The notes beneath the pieces were generated by a model, which was given only the letters and a program-made list of their open reading frames with translations, was not told the DNA's origin and did no database searches. A program made the position numbers and the translations under genes. A DNA stretch of 64,000 nucleotides from Leptolyngbyaceae cyanobacterium (GTDB lineage: Bacteria; Cyanobacteriota; Cyanobacteriia; Phormidesmidales; Phormidesmidaceae): NCBI GenBank assembly GCA_050331235.1, contig JBHJHA010000017.1, positions 61,948 through 125,947 on the forward strand, in the 5' to 3' direction. Positions 21,912-32,600 of this stretch are shown here, in pieces. Position 1 is the stretch's first letter. Each line of letters starts with the position of its first letter.

Positions 21912-22226
21912 TCAGCAATCCACGCAGACTTCTGCAGGCTCGACAACCAAGATGTTGGTGCGGCGGCCCAGAACTTTCACCCGCGTGCCCTCGGCAATGG
22001 TGATTGGGCGATCGCACAAAGCCCGCCAGCGGACGCCTTGAAATTTCACTCGGCCGAGCTGCCCCGGCTGAATGGTTGTTTGCACGGTAGCGGCAGCCTC
22101 CGACTGGGTGTACCAGGCTTCCGGATCGCCGTTGAAAGAGTTGTTGGTCAAGGGATGTGTGGTTTCGAAGAAAGTAGAAGTCGTCTCCTCAATGTCTGAA
22201 CTAAAAAGCGTTTTGAGTAAGTTCAT
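21912..22226 (-). CDS. Stand-alone NfeD-like C-terminal OB-fold protein
   Basis: IQPGQLGRVKFQGVRWRA...IAEGTRVKVLGRRTNILVVEP; no TM segment. Confidence 0.75.
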   Translation of the reverse strand: MNLLKTLFSSDIEETTSTFFETTHPLTNNSFNGDPEAWYTQSEAAATVQTTIQPGQLGRVKFQGVRWRALCDRPITIAEGTRVKVLGRRTNILVVEPAEVCVDC

Positions 22227-22269
22227 GGTGATCTCCCTTAGAGAACCACCTTAAGGCTAGTGATTTCCC

Positions 22270-22282
22270 TGAGGATTCCTCA
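22270..22282. promoter_or_regulatory. Palindromic candidate operator upstream of the NfeD-like gene
   Basis: TGAGGA-T-TCCTCA, a perfect 6-bp inverted repeat about 45 bp upstream of the start codon. Confidence 0.35.
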
Positions 22283-22840
22283 ATGCTTTTTGCCGCAGAT
22301 TCATTGCAGAAAAGAACAGCTGCCGCTCCCCAAAACGTTGAAATGGCTGCGCCTACACTCAGTATCGCAGCGATCGCTTACTGTAGAATCTTGCTGCTCA
22401 GCCTGCTAAAGCTGTTGTGCCGGTACCTCCGCTAGGCGGCACTCCGCCTTGGGGAATGTAATCTGCCACAAATAATGGATTACCACTCCACATGCAAACG
22501 GCTAGGGCAAATGCACCTATGACGACACCCGAACCCTTGAGAGCCCAAAGAGACATAGCCGACACCTACAACTCAATGGTTCAATTGTACCATTTGCGTC
22601 ATGTGCGGAGCGACATTGCCTTAGGTTAGCTAATGCCCATTCCTGAGGTCGAGGTTCTGCCGGTGGGGGGCTCCCCGCCTTGGGGCACATAGTCGGCAAC
22701 TGACTCGTGATGGACCGAAAAACTAGCGCTGAGAATAAATGCAAGGATTGCGATTATTTGCAGCTTTGTCGAGCTTAAATGAAATTTGATCATGGTTACG
22801 AGCTCCCTGTAGGTGAAATTCTGAATGTGACTAGCGAAAA

Positions 22841-24844
22841 TTACTTAATCAATGAAGGCCATAATAATTCACATATGGTCCCACCTCCTTCTGGTTTAGA
22901 AAAACGCGAAAATTTGCCGCACAAAACGGCTTCTAGACGAAAAGAGGACTGGGTACCATCACCCGTATGGGCCGACAATATACCTGGCCCATTGTCCTCT
23001 ATTCTCAAACAATAAAATTCGTCAATGTATTTCCCTGAAACTTGTATGCGCGTAGTACCGATGGCATGTTTGCCAATATTTTGTAGTGACTCTTCGAGGA
23101 ACCAGCAGAGCTGACGTTTGATATCAAGATTTAGCTGCTTACAGTTGAAAGGCTCTATGGAGACTGAGCGGACTCTAACTTTTTCAAATCCAGGCAGTTT
23201 GCGCTGAACGGCTAAACTGTAAACTTCGTAAAGGACCTCATGCATAGGATGTGTAAGGTCTAATTTGATATCCCCTTCGGAGTAGAAAAAATAAACATCT
23301 CCAATCGCTTCCTGTCTCAGTCGTTCACCTACGCCACGAATTTCCTTGTTGAGAGCCTCTAATTCATCAATTACATTTTCTTGATCAATATCCCCATCTT
23401 TGGCATTTCTCAGTAAACGGGATAATCTTTGCAGCGGGCCCGCATGAATTGCACTGAAAGCACGTTCGATAGCATTACGCCGTTCTGATTCCAGTACTTT
23501 CGCTTCTACAAGCTCTTCTTGTTTATCGCGTAAAGCACTCCGCTGGCTGCGATAGTTAAATCCTAAATAGGTCATGCCTGATAAGGGAAAACAAATTGCC
23601 ATCGGGGTGACCGGCAGCCATAGCCCCTGACTGGCAATTAAGAAAAAACAAATACAGAATCCCATTAAGGTTGAAATGACGAGCGCGATCGCACTACGGG
23701 CCGAAGATTTTAGCGAAACGCTGATAGCAATCCCCGTCAAACCGGATGAAATAATTAAAATATTTTCTAACCAGGAGGGCAGCGTATATAAAAATGGACG
23801 AGCGTTGATGACGCCATGCACAATTTGACTAACGCTATGTGCCTCTAGTTCAGGGCCGACAATCCCAAATCGAGGCAAGATTGGAGTTTGGCTACCTTCT
23901 GCTTCCTGAATTAAGCTGGAGGATGCTGCAACAGGTATAAATCTTGGAAAGTAAGAATCGATTCTGCCAACAATGACAATCTTTTCCGTGAGAATGCTGG
24001 GGGACTGAACTCCACTCAATAATTCTGAAGCGTCAATAACTGGAAAGTTGTTATCGCCGGAGCGAAAGTTCAAGTATGTTTGGATCTTGCTAATATTTCC
24101 TTCTCGATAATATCCACCGGAGCTAGCGTTTAAAAATGGTATTTCTACAAAGCCTTGATTATCTGCATGCTGGAAAATGGGAATATCAAGCTTGCGAGGG
24201 TGGTTGTCTAAAGAATATCCTTCGCTTTTTAAAAATGTCTCTGCGAGCTTAAAGGAGAAAGAGAACTTAAAGGGATTGTCCTGAGGATCTTCATTGTTGT
24301 CTGCTAAATATGTCCCTACAAAAGTTCTACGAATCCTGCCATCCAAATCGACAGGAATGTCATTGTGCATAAACTGCTGAGATAAAACCTCTAGGGGAAA
24401 ATCTTTTGGAGGATTGATAGGTCTAGGCTGTAATACCTTCTCTATGCCAAATAGGTTGGAATGAGCCTCAAATATCTGAATTAACCGCTCTCGACCGGTT
24501 GAATCGTTAGACTGACTCAGAAAAATATTGAGCCCAACGACGGTGGGTTCAGCAGAAAAAATGGTTTCGAGTAGATCCGCAATTTCCTGTTCAGAGACTC
24601 TTTCATCATTTTGAACAGAGTTTCGGTTGAAGAGAACGATGACAATTTTGTCATCAGGTGCTTCTGCTGGTCGATTACGCAGCAAGAAGTCGAGAGTTAA
24701 GAGTTCCAAGCTGGAAAATAATCCCAGCCAGCGAGTGATCAAAATACCAGCGATGATGCCATAGCCGATGGGCCATTTGGCTGACTTACGGGCTAAGCGT
24801 TTGAGTTTCTGTGCTGGAACTTTGATGAAGGACCGCATTGTCAC
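22841..24844 (-). CDS. CHASE2-domain sensor histidine kinase (HisKA_3-like)
   Basis: CHASE2 (DDKIVIV, D.DGRIRR, GPELEAHSVSQI), 3 TM helices, H-box IHAGPLQ, N-box LQNIGKHA, G1 IEDNGPG; AT-rich. Confidence 0.82.
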   Translation of the reverse strand: MTMRSFIKVPAQKLKRLARKSAKWPIGYGIIAGILITRWLGLFSSLELLTLDFLLRNRPAEAPDDKIVIVLFNRNSVQNDERVSEQEIADLLETIFSAEPTVVGLNIFLSQSNDSTGRERLIQIFEAHSNLFGIEKVLQPRPINPPKDFPLEVLSQQFMHNDIPVDLDGRIRRTFVGTYLADNNEDPQDNPFKFSFSFKLAETFLKSEGYSLDNHPRKLDIPIFQHADNQGFVEIPFLNASSGGYYREGNISKIQTYLNFRSGDNNFPVIDASELLSGVQSPSILTEKIVIVGRIDSYFPRFIPVAASSSLIQEAEGSQTPILPRFGIVGPELEAHSVSQIVHGVINARPFLYTLPSWLENILIISSGLTGIAISVSLKSSARSAIALVISTLMGFCICFFLIASQGLWLPVTPMAICFPLSGMTYLGFNYRSQRSALRDKQEELVEAKVLESERRNAIERAFSAIHAGPLQRLSRLLRNAKDGDIDQENVIDELEALNKEIRGVGERLRQEAIGDVYFFYSEGDIKLDLTHPMHEVLYEVYSLAVQRKLPGFEKVRVRSVSIEPFNCKQLNLDIKRQLCWFLEESLQNIGKHAIGTTRIQVSGKYIDEFYCLRIEDNGPGILSAHTGDGTQSSFRLEAVLCGKFSRFSKPEGGGTICELLWPSLIK

Positions 24845-24855
24845 TACTCACTTCG

Positions 24856-25656
24856 CTACTCGATAAGCCCTTCATCGCGGGCTTTTAGACAGGTGACAAT
24901 GCGCAGGTTGCGGCCCTCTTCTTTAGCATCTTCAGGATAGATGCCGAGGACGTCATAGATTTTGCTCCAGTAATTACGCACCATGCTTTCAGATACGTGG
25001 AGCTGTTTAGCGATCGCCCGATCTTGATAGCCCTCTTTGCAAGCTAAATCGAGGGTTTCGAGCCACTCTGGCTTGAGCTCTAGTCCGGCTTTAAGGCTGC
25101 GAATGTCACGAGTGTGAGTATAGCCCTGTAGCGCTGCTCTGAATCGTTCAAAGGCTTTTTCGGTGGAACTATCTTTGCTCGTGACGGTAAACCCACCGCG
25201 ATGGTTGTCGATATCAGGAATGATCCTCACCAGCGCATCGGGATAAGAGGTGTGAACAGCGATATTCAGAAACGGATATCCTGCCATGAGATCTTTAAGG
25301 AACTGAATGCCATGCTCTGTAGCGGCATTCTCTCCAGCGCTCTCAGGCAGTTGCAAATCTAACACGAGCAGGTGCGGCTGTAAGCGTTGAATGGCCTCTC
25401 TTGCTTCCTGTAATGTGGTCAAGGTCTCAAGATTGAGGTTATTACCAAAGCGAGCAAGAATGCTGTGAATACCTGCCAAAGTAGTGGGATGGTCCTCGAC
25501 CACAAAAATGGTATGGCGATCGCTGCCAGAGACCGTTGGAATGGACATAGGCTCTAGGGAACACGGGATAGGGGATGGCGATGCAGATGCGACCGGAGTC
25601 ATGGTAGAGCACAGATAAGAAAACAGGGAAACGAGCTTTTGCATAACAAAAGCCAC
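24856..25656 (-). CDS. NarL/LuxR-type response regulator
   Basis: VVEDH, LLVLDLQLP (phospho-Asp), C-terminal HTH DRAIAKQLHVSESMVRNYWSKIY; start uncertain. Confidence 0.85.
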   Translation of the reverse strand: MAFVMQKLVSLFSYLCSTMTPVASASPSPIPCSLEPMSIPTVSGSDRHTIFVVEDHPTTLAGIHSILARFGNNLNLETLTTLQEAREAIQRLQPHLLVLDLQLPESAGENAATEHGIQFLKDLMAGYPFLNIAVHTSYPDALVRIIPDIDNHRGGFTVTSKDSSTEKAFERFRAALQGYTHTRDIRSLKAGLELKPEWLETLDLACKEGYQDRAIAKQLHVSESMVRNYWSKIYDVLGIYPEDAKEEGRNLRIVTCLKARDEGLIE

Positions 25657-25740
25657 ATTCTTGTATCATGGCGCGGGTTGCCCGGTTACTCAATGCTGAA
25701 AACTACAGACTTTATGGCAGTAAACTTGGGCCGCAAAGCA

Positions 25741-26310
25741 TCAATTCCACCGTCGTCGCAGTGACTTGGCTTTGATTACCGGCTTTGCCAGCACTAACTC
25801 CAACGACTCAAACGTCACCCCTGCGTATTTTCTTACGGGTAGCGGCTCAGTGACGTCAGGCGTCTGAACGTTCGGGGCCTTGCCTGACCGCTCAAGATCT
25901 TGACGGGTCGTTTCCCTGAGATAGTAATCGCTAATGTCGATGCCCTCAACTTGAATCGGCTCAACCACCACTCTGCCCATAATTTGAACAATCGCATCTA
26001 TGGCTGGTGGCGCTGCATCACTAGCAACCCAAAGCATTCCAGTGGAGTCTTGGACTTGGTAGAGTGAGCCTTGCAGGAGAGGAGCCTGATTCACAACGAC
26101 ACCTTCAATTTCGACCGGATCGCCATCTTGAGCTCGTGAAAGGCTCTCTATCGCTACGGTCGGTCGTATCATTTGTGCGAGACCAGAAGGAATATGTGAC
26201 CCCGCCGATTCTTCTTGGATGGTGACCTCTGTTGATGGGCTGCAGCCCATTAATAAGAAGACCAACACTAAACTGCTCAGGGGAATGATCTGCTGGGGAA
26301 GTTTCAACAT
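25741..26310 (-). CDS. Putative OB-fold lipoprotein
   Basis: Lipobox LMGC; VEIEGVV..APLL..YQVQDSTG.LWV. Confidence 0.55.
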   Translation of the reverse strand: MLKLPQQIIPLSSLVLVFLLMGCSPSTEVTIQEESAGSHIPSGLAQMIRPTVAIESLSRAQDGDPVEIEGVVVNQAPLLQGSLYQVQDSTGMLWVASDAAPPAIDAIVQIMGRVVVEPIQVEGIDISDYYLRETTRQDLERSGKAPNVQTPDVTEPLPVRKYAGVTFESLELVLAKPVIKAKSLRRRWN

Positions 26311-26465
26311 CTCGATTCGATGGAAAAAGGCGGCGCTAAATCTGAGACACTAGACCTCGTGTAAGCCAGCAAAGTTTTTACAACGGTCATCTAGTCTGAC
26401 CAAGCTGTTTGCGGCTGTTAGCTAGTTTGAAGGCCCGTGATCGCTCTTTGCTCCCAGCGTAACGT

Positions 26466-27368
26466 ATGAAATCCATGGCTCAAATTTTGGATGGTAAAGC
26501 TTTAGCAAAAGCCATGCAGGCTCAGCTTGCAGACAAAATTCAAACGTGGGTACCCCAAGTAGGTCGAGCCCCTGGTTTGGCCGTTGTGATGGTTGGTGAT
26601 AATCCAGCCAGCGCGGCCTACGTGCGTAACAAGGAGCGGGCCTGCGATCGCGCTGGCATAGTGTCATTTGGTCAGCATCTGCCCGGCGATACCTCCCAAG
26701 GCCATTTGCAAGGGCTGATTGCTGAGCTAAACGCTGATGAGCGAGTGGATGGCATTTTGGTGCAGCTACCGGTGCCTCAGCACATTGATGATGTCGCCCT
26801 GCTCAGCACCATTGATCCGGATAAAGATGCTGATGGACTCCACCCTGTCAATATGGGACGACTGATGCGTGGCGAAACGGGGTTACGGAGCTGTACGCCG
26901 TTTGGGGTGATGCAGTTGTTGCAAGCCAACCAGATTGAACTCGCTGGCAAGCAGGCAGTGGTCATTGGCCGCAGCATCTTGGTGGGTAAGCCCATGGCCC
27001 TGATGTTGCTTGCCGCCAATGCAACTGTAACCATGGCGCACTCACGCACCCAAGATTTACCTGCGCTGACGCAGAAGGCCGATATTGTAGTGAGCGCGAT
27101 CGGTCGTCCCCATTACCTCAAAGCTAATCACATCAAAGCTGGAGCGGTGGTTGTAGATGTGGGGATCAATCGAATTGAGACGGCTCCAGGACAGTATCGG
27201 TTAGTTGGAGATGTAGACTATGAAGCGGTCAGTGCGATCGCGGCCGCCATTACTCCAGTTCCTGGAGGGGTAGGGCCGATGACCGTGACCATGCTGTTGC
27301 ACAATACAGTGTTGAGCTACTGCCAGAGAAATCCTGCCTTATCGAGTGAGAGCGCTCTTTTGTCGTGA
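26466..27368 (+). CDS. folD: Methylenetetrahydrofolate dehydrogenase/cyclohydrolase
   Basis: [37 protein letters not shown]. Confidence 0.96.
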   Translation: MKSMAQILDGKALAKAMQAQLADKIQTWVPQVGRAPGLAVVMVGDNPASAAYVRNKERACDRAGIVSFGQHLPGDTSQGHLQGLIAELNADERVDGILVQLPVPQHIDDVALLSTIDPDKDADGLHPVNMGRLMRGETGLRSCTPFGVMQLLQANQIELAGKQAVVIGRSILVGKPMALMLLAANATVTMAHSRTQDLPALTQKADIVVSAIGRPHYLKANHIKAGAVVVDVGINRIETAPGQYRLVGDVDYEAVSAIAAAITPVPGGVGPMTVTMLLHNTVLSYCQRNPALSSESALLS

Positions 27369-27390
27369 CATTTCTGATGCCCATACCGCG

Positions 27391-28299
27391 ATGACATCAT
27401 CTACGGATACGCCGTTTGACCTCAAATCATACCTGCGCGATCGCCAGCAGCAGGTCGAAGCCGCTCTCGATGCCTCTATTCAAGAGGGCTACCCCGAAAC
27501 GATCTATCAGGCCATGCGATATTCGCTATTAGCAGGTGGCAAACGGTTGCGACCAATTTTGTGCCTGGCAACCTGTGAACTGTTTGGGGGGGCGCCGGTC
27601 ATGTCCATGCCAACAGCCTGCGCCCTTGAAATGATCCATACAATGTCATTGATTCACGACGACTTGCCCGCGATGGATAATGACGACTATCGCCGGGGCA
27701 AACTGACTAGCCATAAAGTCTATGGTGAAGATGTGGCAATTTTGGCGGGTGACGCGCTCTTGACCTATGCCTTTGAATATGTGGCAACGCAAACTCAACA
27801 GGTACCAGCCGAGCGCATTCTCCAAGTCATTGCAGATCTAGGCAAGGCGGTCGGTGCTGAGGGGTTAGTCGGCGGACAGATCGTTGATCTTGCCTCCGAG
27901 GGGGCAACGGATGTGAGCTTAGAGACCCTTAATTACATTCACACTCATAAAACGGGAGCCTTACTGCGGGTCTCTGTGACATCTGGCGCAACTCTAGCAG
28001 GGGCAGACACTGCGCAGATCAAAGTGCTGGCTACCTATGCAGATCGCATTGGTCTCGCCTTTCAAATCGTTGATGATGTGCTGGATGTTACAGCCACATC
28101 AGAGGAGTTGGGTAAATCAGCTGGGAAGGATCTTACCGCTCAAAAAGCGACCTATCCCAGTATTTGGGGCTTGGAAGAATCCAAGGCGCAGGCTCAACAA
28201 CTCATTGAGTCTGCCAAAACTGATGTGCTCACTAGTTTTGGCTCAGCGGCCAGCCCACTGGTGGCTTTAGCGGACTTTATCGTTGATCGGACCCATTGA
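27391..28299 (+). CDS. crtE: Geranylgeranyl diphosphate synthase
   Basis: [34 protein letters not shown]. Confidence 0.95.
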   Translation: MTSSTDTPFDLKSYLRDRQQQVEAALDASIQEGYPETIYQAMRYSLLAGGKRLRPILCLATCELFGGAPVMSMPTACALEMIHTMSLIHDDLPAMDNDDYRRGKLTSHKVYGEDVAILAGDALLTYAFEYVATQTQQVPAERILQVIADLGKAVGAEGLVGGQIVDLASEGATDVSLETLNYIHTHKTGALLRVSVTSGATLAGADTAQIKVLATYADRIGLAFQIVDDVLDVTATSEELGKSAGKDLTAQKATYPSIWGLEESKAQAQQLIESAKTDVLTSFGSAASPLVALADFIVDRTH

Positions 28300-28316
28300 T
28301 GACCCCGTTAGGAACC

Positions 28317-28775
28317 ATGCAAGACATTGGTGATATTTTGCAGAATCGAGTGCTGATGGTAGCTTTGGCTGCTTGCCTATTAGCGCAATTTCTCAAACTA
28401 GTCTTTGAGCTAATTATTCATCGCAAGATCAATGTACGGGTACTTGTTGAAACGGGCGGTATGCCGAGTTCTCATTCGGCCTTAGTGACAGCTTTGGCCT
28501 GTGGTGTCGGGCAGACCTTAGGCTGGGCAAGCCCAGCTTTTGCGGTAACCACCGTATTTGCCATCATTGTCATGTATGATGCGGCGGGTGTACGCCAAGC
28601 CGCTGGCAAGCAGGCAAAAATCCTCAACCAAATCATTGATGAACTGTTTCGCGAAAAGCCGGAATTCAACGAAGATCGCCTCAAGGAACTGCTGGGGCAT
28701 ACGCCCATTCAAGTAGTAGTTGGCTCAATGCTTGGGTTTTGGGTTTCATTCATGGCAGCTGCTAACTTCTACTAG
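28317..28775 (+). CDS. Divergent PAP2 family (DUF212) membrane protein
   Basis: GGMPSSHS, MYDAAGVR, LKELLGHTP; follows crtE. Confidence 0.9.
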   Translation: MQDIGDILQNRVLMVALAACLLAQFLKLVFELIIHRKINVRVLVETGGMPSSHSALVTALACGVGQTLGWASPAFAVTTVFAIIVMYDAAGVRQAAGKQAKILNQIIDELFREKPEFNEDRLKELLGHTPIQVVVGSMLGFWVSFMAAANFY

Positions 28776-28840
28776 TTTAGATATTTGCTAGAAATGCCGT
28801 GAGCGTAAACAAACTCTAGAGCGAGGTGTCACAGCTTAAT

Positions 28841-29215
28841 CTATGGCAAACGCAGCGCTGAAATCAGTAAGCAGAACCACCCAACAATCAATGCCACCCC
28901 ACCAATGGGAGTAACTGGCCCAAAGGCTTTGATGCCGCTGAGGCTCAACACATACAAACTGCCAGAAAATAAGAAAGTCCCGCTCACAAACAACCAGCCG
29001 GTTGCGGTCAACCATGCGGTTGCCTGTTCCGTCATGCCCAGCAGCAGTGCCACTATAAGTAGGGCCAAGGCGTGATAAAGCTGATAGCGAATGCCTGTGC
29101 CAAAGGTTTCAAGTGCCCGCTCCGACAAAATGCCTTGGAGGGCATGACTGGCTAAGGCTCCTCCGGTTACTGAAAGCCCACCCAAAACAGCAGCGATCGC
29201 AAGAAATAGTTTCAT
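28841..29215 (-). CDS. DUF423 (YgdD/TMEM256) membrane protein
   Basis: GALASH, YQLYHALA, LFSGSLY, TPIGG. Confidence 0.9.
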   Translation of the reverse strand: MKLFLAIAAVLGGLSVTGGALASHALQGILSERALETFGTGIRYQLYHALALLIVALLLGMTEQATAWLTATGWLFVSGTFLFSGSLYVLSLSGIKAFGPVTPIGGVALIVGWFCLLISALRLP

Positions 29216-29324
29216 GAGGCATGACCAGCGGGGGGAAAATAAGGTGTGGGCTAAAGCAGCTTCGTACGGGCAGGGTGTCAGCTGTCCCGTGGTTACCATC
29301 CTATCGTTCCGGTCAGCGCCAAGA

Positions 29325-30245
29325 CTAGGCCTGTAGAATCATCCCTTCTCGGGCCAACCGTAGCCGATGACAGCGGTTATGGATTTCCATCTCCAGATGG
29401 TCTAGATAATCGTCGTCATGGAGCGGATTGTGACGAAATAGAATCATTTCTTTGGCTTGAGTTTTCTCCGCAATTTCGATGCTTTGATCGCAGGAAATAG
29501 CTGCGGGATCACCTTCCAAACTGGTGTAGACCGGTTCAGAGTAGGTTCCACCAAATACGAGCAGTTCCGCACCTTGGGCTAGGTAAACCAGGTTGGGATC
29601 CGGCCCAGCTGAGCCATGGAGGCTATCAGTGGCATAGACTAAAGATTTGCCATTGTAGTTGAGACGAAAGCCGAGGGCGCTGGTAGCCGCATTGAGAGAG
29701 ATCGTTTCGATCGTCAGGTGCTGGTCGAGATGGAGTAGGTGACCCGCTGCGATATTGTGAAACGTCATGTTCGATGACATTCTCTGTAATGGGGTAAAAA
29801 AGTTGGGCCGCAACATCTGGTCGGTCAATCGTTGTTTAATGGAAGCGCCATTCACAGCCATGGCACCGTAAATATCAAAGGTGTTGTCTTCAATAAAGGC
29901 CGGACCAAAAAATGGAAACCCTTGAATTCGATCCCAATGGGTATGCGTAAAGAATATGTGGGCTTGGATAGGCCTATGAGAATCTAATAGATGCTTACCT
30001 AAGACTCGGAGACCTGTGCCGCCATCAAAAATGATGCGATGACCAGCTACCAAGATCTCAACACAGGCCGTATTCCCACCATATCTAACCGTATCGGCAC
30101 CAGGAGTGGGAACGCTGCCGCGAACCCCCCAAAACTTAACCGTCAAGTTGTTTTCAACTTTGGTCTCTTGCATAGCAGAAGCTGGCCCTACAGGCTCGGG
30201 CCGAGCGTTGAGATTAGTCAACATAGAAGCATCTGCGTCTGGCAT
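29325..30245 (-). CDS. MBL-fold metallo-hydrolase-like protein with degenerate metal site
   Basis: FWGVRGSVPTPG, YGGNTAC, DGGTG, THTHWDRIQGFP, LAREG. Confidence 0.8.
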   Translation of the reverse strand: MPDADASMLTNLNARPEPVGPASAMQETKVENNLTVKFWGVRGSVPTPGADTVRYGGNTACVEILVAGHRIIFDGGTGLRVLGKHLLDSHRPIQAHIFFTHTHWDRIQGFPFFGPAFIEDNTFDIYGAMAVNGASIKQRLTDQMLRPNFFTPLQRMSSNMTFHNIAAGHLLHLDQHLTIETISLNAATSALGFRLNYNGKSLVYATDSLHGSAGPDPNLVYLAQGAELLVFGGTYSEPVYTSLEGDPAAISCDQSIEIAEKTQAKEMILFRHNPLHDDDYLDHLEMEIHNRCHRLRLAREGMILQA

Positions 30246-30547
30246 AGGAGAAGCGACAGTTAATGAAAAGGGAGTGATGAAGATAACAGCGGCTCAGGCA
30301 AACTGAGCATCAACATTGCTAAATATTCGAATGATTTTCAGTACGTTCAGGAAAATTTAGTCGTTTTTACTACTAACGATCGTAGAGACTCAAAGTTATA
30401 TCGATCAACATCAGTGGACAGTGCGTGGCAACTGTCTGTTAAGCACGGCTAGCTGTCGGCTGCGCCCATATGTTTGCGCTGACAGCTAACCGTCTCAGTA
30501 TTCAGGGTACCCATCCTACGACGACATCAAAACTCGCAGCCCTGGAG

Positions 30548-31057
30548 TTATTTGACTGCGTCGATACATTGCTGGACGAGGGGCTTGACTTTGTCAACAT
30601 TTTGCCAGCCCAGAATCTCAGTAATCTTTTTCTCCAGGTTCTTGTAGCTCCGGAAAAATTCTGCAATCTCATCCAAGCGATGGGCCGCGATGTCCTCGAG
30701 GGATGTGACCTGGGCATAGCGGGGATCTTCTGCCGGGACACAGAGAATCTTTTCGTCGCGATCGCCCCCATCGATCATCTCGAGCATGCCAATGGGGCGG
30801 GCGGCAATGACGCATCCTGGGAAGGTGGGCTGATCCATTAGAACCATGCCATCAAGGGGATCTCCATCATCGGCTAAGGTGTTAGGCACAAACCCATAGT
30901 CATAGGGGTACTGCACCGAAGAAAAGAGGACGCGATCTAGAATCATCGCTCCCATATCTTTGTCAAATTCGTATTTGTTTTTACTGCCTGCTGGAATCTC
31001 AATTAAAACATTGATGAGTCCTGGTTCGGGTTGAGCAGGAATCCGAGATAAATCCAC
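30548..31057 (-). CDS. ppa: Inorganic pyrophosphatase
   Basis: [32 protein letters not shown] start at 31057. Confidence 0.95.
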   Translation of the reverse strand: MDLSRIPAQPEPGLINVLIEIPAGSKNKYEFDKDMGAMILDRVLFSSVQYPYDYGFVPNTLADDGDPLDGMVLMDQPTFPGCVIAARPIGMLEMIDGGDRDEKILCVPAEDPRYAQVTSLEDIAAHRLDEIAEFFRSYKNLEKKITEILGWQNVDKVKPLVQQCIDAVK

Positions 31058-31247
31058 AATGCGTCTCCAGAATATTGCGTCAAAACAAGCCAAATTACCG
31101 CTCTCTGACTGTCTCGATGAAGGATGTCATCAGACTGCAAACCTTAATCCTTGCGAATTGCAGGATGTAAGGTTGAGCGGCGCTGGCATAGCAGCATTTT
31201 AGGCGAAGACGTCACCCTAACCCATTGTCTCGGTCGGCATACATCGA

Positions 31248-31433
31248 TTATTCACGGGTTTGTGAAAGGGGATAGCTCGGTAATGTCGCGGGTGGCGGAT
31301 CCGCTGCTGAAAAGTGGGCGATCGCCAACACGGGAAGCATCAAAGTCAAGATTGCGACGACTGTGCCAACAAAATGAGCAAAGCGATTACTCGGAGGTTC
31401 CGGAGGGTTCTCGGAAGAACTAACAGATTCCAT
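31248..31433 (-). CDS. Small single-TM hypothetical protein
   Basis: FAHFVGTVVAILTLMLPVLAIAHFS hydrophobic helix; resembles small conserved cyanobacterial ORFs. Confidence 0.5.
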   Translation of the reverse strand: MESVSSSENPPEPPSNRFAHFVGTVVAILTLMLPVLAIAHFSAADPPPATLPSYPLSQTRE

Positions 31434-31750
31434 AGAGGCGAGATAACAAGACCTAGATGTGAGAACGGTTTGGGTAGACTCGCAAATGTCGATACTAGCA
31501 ACTATCACAGCGTAGCCTATACCGCAAAGGGCATGGCAAGTAAGCTTAAGCAGAGCTCAAGGCTTTGGTCTGTGTCAGTTGACTACTACACTATCGAACA
31601 ATGTCGCAAGCGGTTGTGAGCTGAGCCACACAATCTGCATCAAAAATGTGAACCATTATCAATTGTACTACGACATTTTGGGGTGGTGATATTCTAAGGC
31701 GACCATGGGCCTCCAAGTTTATTGAACCCAGAATTCAGCCCAACGCGTGG

Positions 31751-32152
31751 CTATTGAGACTCTAAATGATGGCGGATAGCTCGCAGTTCACTGAGGATGG
31801 CATTGAGAATCTCTTGGGTGGTGGTCGCTTCTGAAGGTTGTACAGTAATGGTCGGGTTGAGGCCCAAAACATCTTGGGCAAACCGTCTCACTTCCCGAGG
31901 GTGAAACAACAGTGGATCATCTCGATCCTGCCGAATTTCTGGATTTAGCTTATCTCCGTCAAAGGGCGGATTGAGGAGTTCGGGATCAGTATTGGCATAT
32001 CGGTAAACGGAAGCCCGCGATCGCCGAATTTGCTTTTGCACATCATCAACGGTCAAGTAGGCATCGGGGGGTAACTCCTCTGTTGGTGAGTTGACCATTG
32101 AGCTAGTCGATGCCGAAAACAGCGGTTGGTCGTCCATGGCCCTCATGAGCAC
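31751..32152 (-). CDS. Conserved cyanobacterial HTH protein (excisionase/MerR-like fold)
   Basis: YLTVDDVQKQIRRSRASVYRY, LNPPFD..KLNPE, C-terminal coiled coil. Confidence 0.65.
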   Translation of the reverse strand: MLMRAMDDQPLFSASTSSMVNSPTEELPPDAYLTVDDVQKQIRRSRASVYRYANTDPELLNPPFDGDKLNPEIRQDRDDPLLFHPREVRRFAQDVLGLNPTITVQPSEATTTQEILNAILSELRAIRHHLESQ

Positions 32153-32255
32153 AGTGCTTATTGAGTCTACAGAGTAGATGGCAGAATCTCAAGCCATCGT
32201 TCGGTGGCATAGGCAAGAGGCCAATCGCGCTTGGGAAGGGATAGAAGAATTGCAG

Positions 32256-32600
32256 CTATGAGTCGGTTAGTAAGTGCTCAAACTCCGTTCGTAAACGCTT
32301 GAAATTCGCCACTCGTCCTACAATCAAGCTGGTTTCGTCAGCGCTTCTGAGTTCTTGTTTCCAATGCTCCAGGCGATCGCTATCTTGCATCCAGAAATGA
32401 ATGATTTGGGCCACGATCACATCCCAATCCCAGGCAGGGCGATGCTGGATGGTCTCAGTCGCCGAGATAAAGCCATCGAGAGTGCATTTGTAGCTGGCCA
32501 AGTAGGCACAGCTTCTCTCTGGCGATTGTTCCACTCGCTGTTGATGGCAAAAGAAATCCCACACAGAAGTGATGCCAATAATGTCAAATTGATACTTCAT
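32256..32600 (-). CDS. Conserved hypothetical protein
   Basis: ATG at 32600 preceded by GAGG-like sequence; AYLASYKCTLDGFI, FWMQ, LIVGRVA. Confidence 0.6.
   Translation of the reverse strand: MKYQFDIIGITSVWDFFCHQQRVEQSPERSCAYLASYKCTLDGFISATETIQHRPAWDWDVIVAQIIHFWMQDSDRLEHWKQELRSADETSLIVGRVANFKRLRTEFEHLLTDS

Noticed and set aside
31751..32152. Prophage or integrative element suggested by the excisionase-like HTH
   Set aside because: No integrase, att repeats or phage genes nearby.
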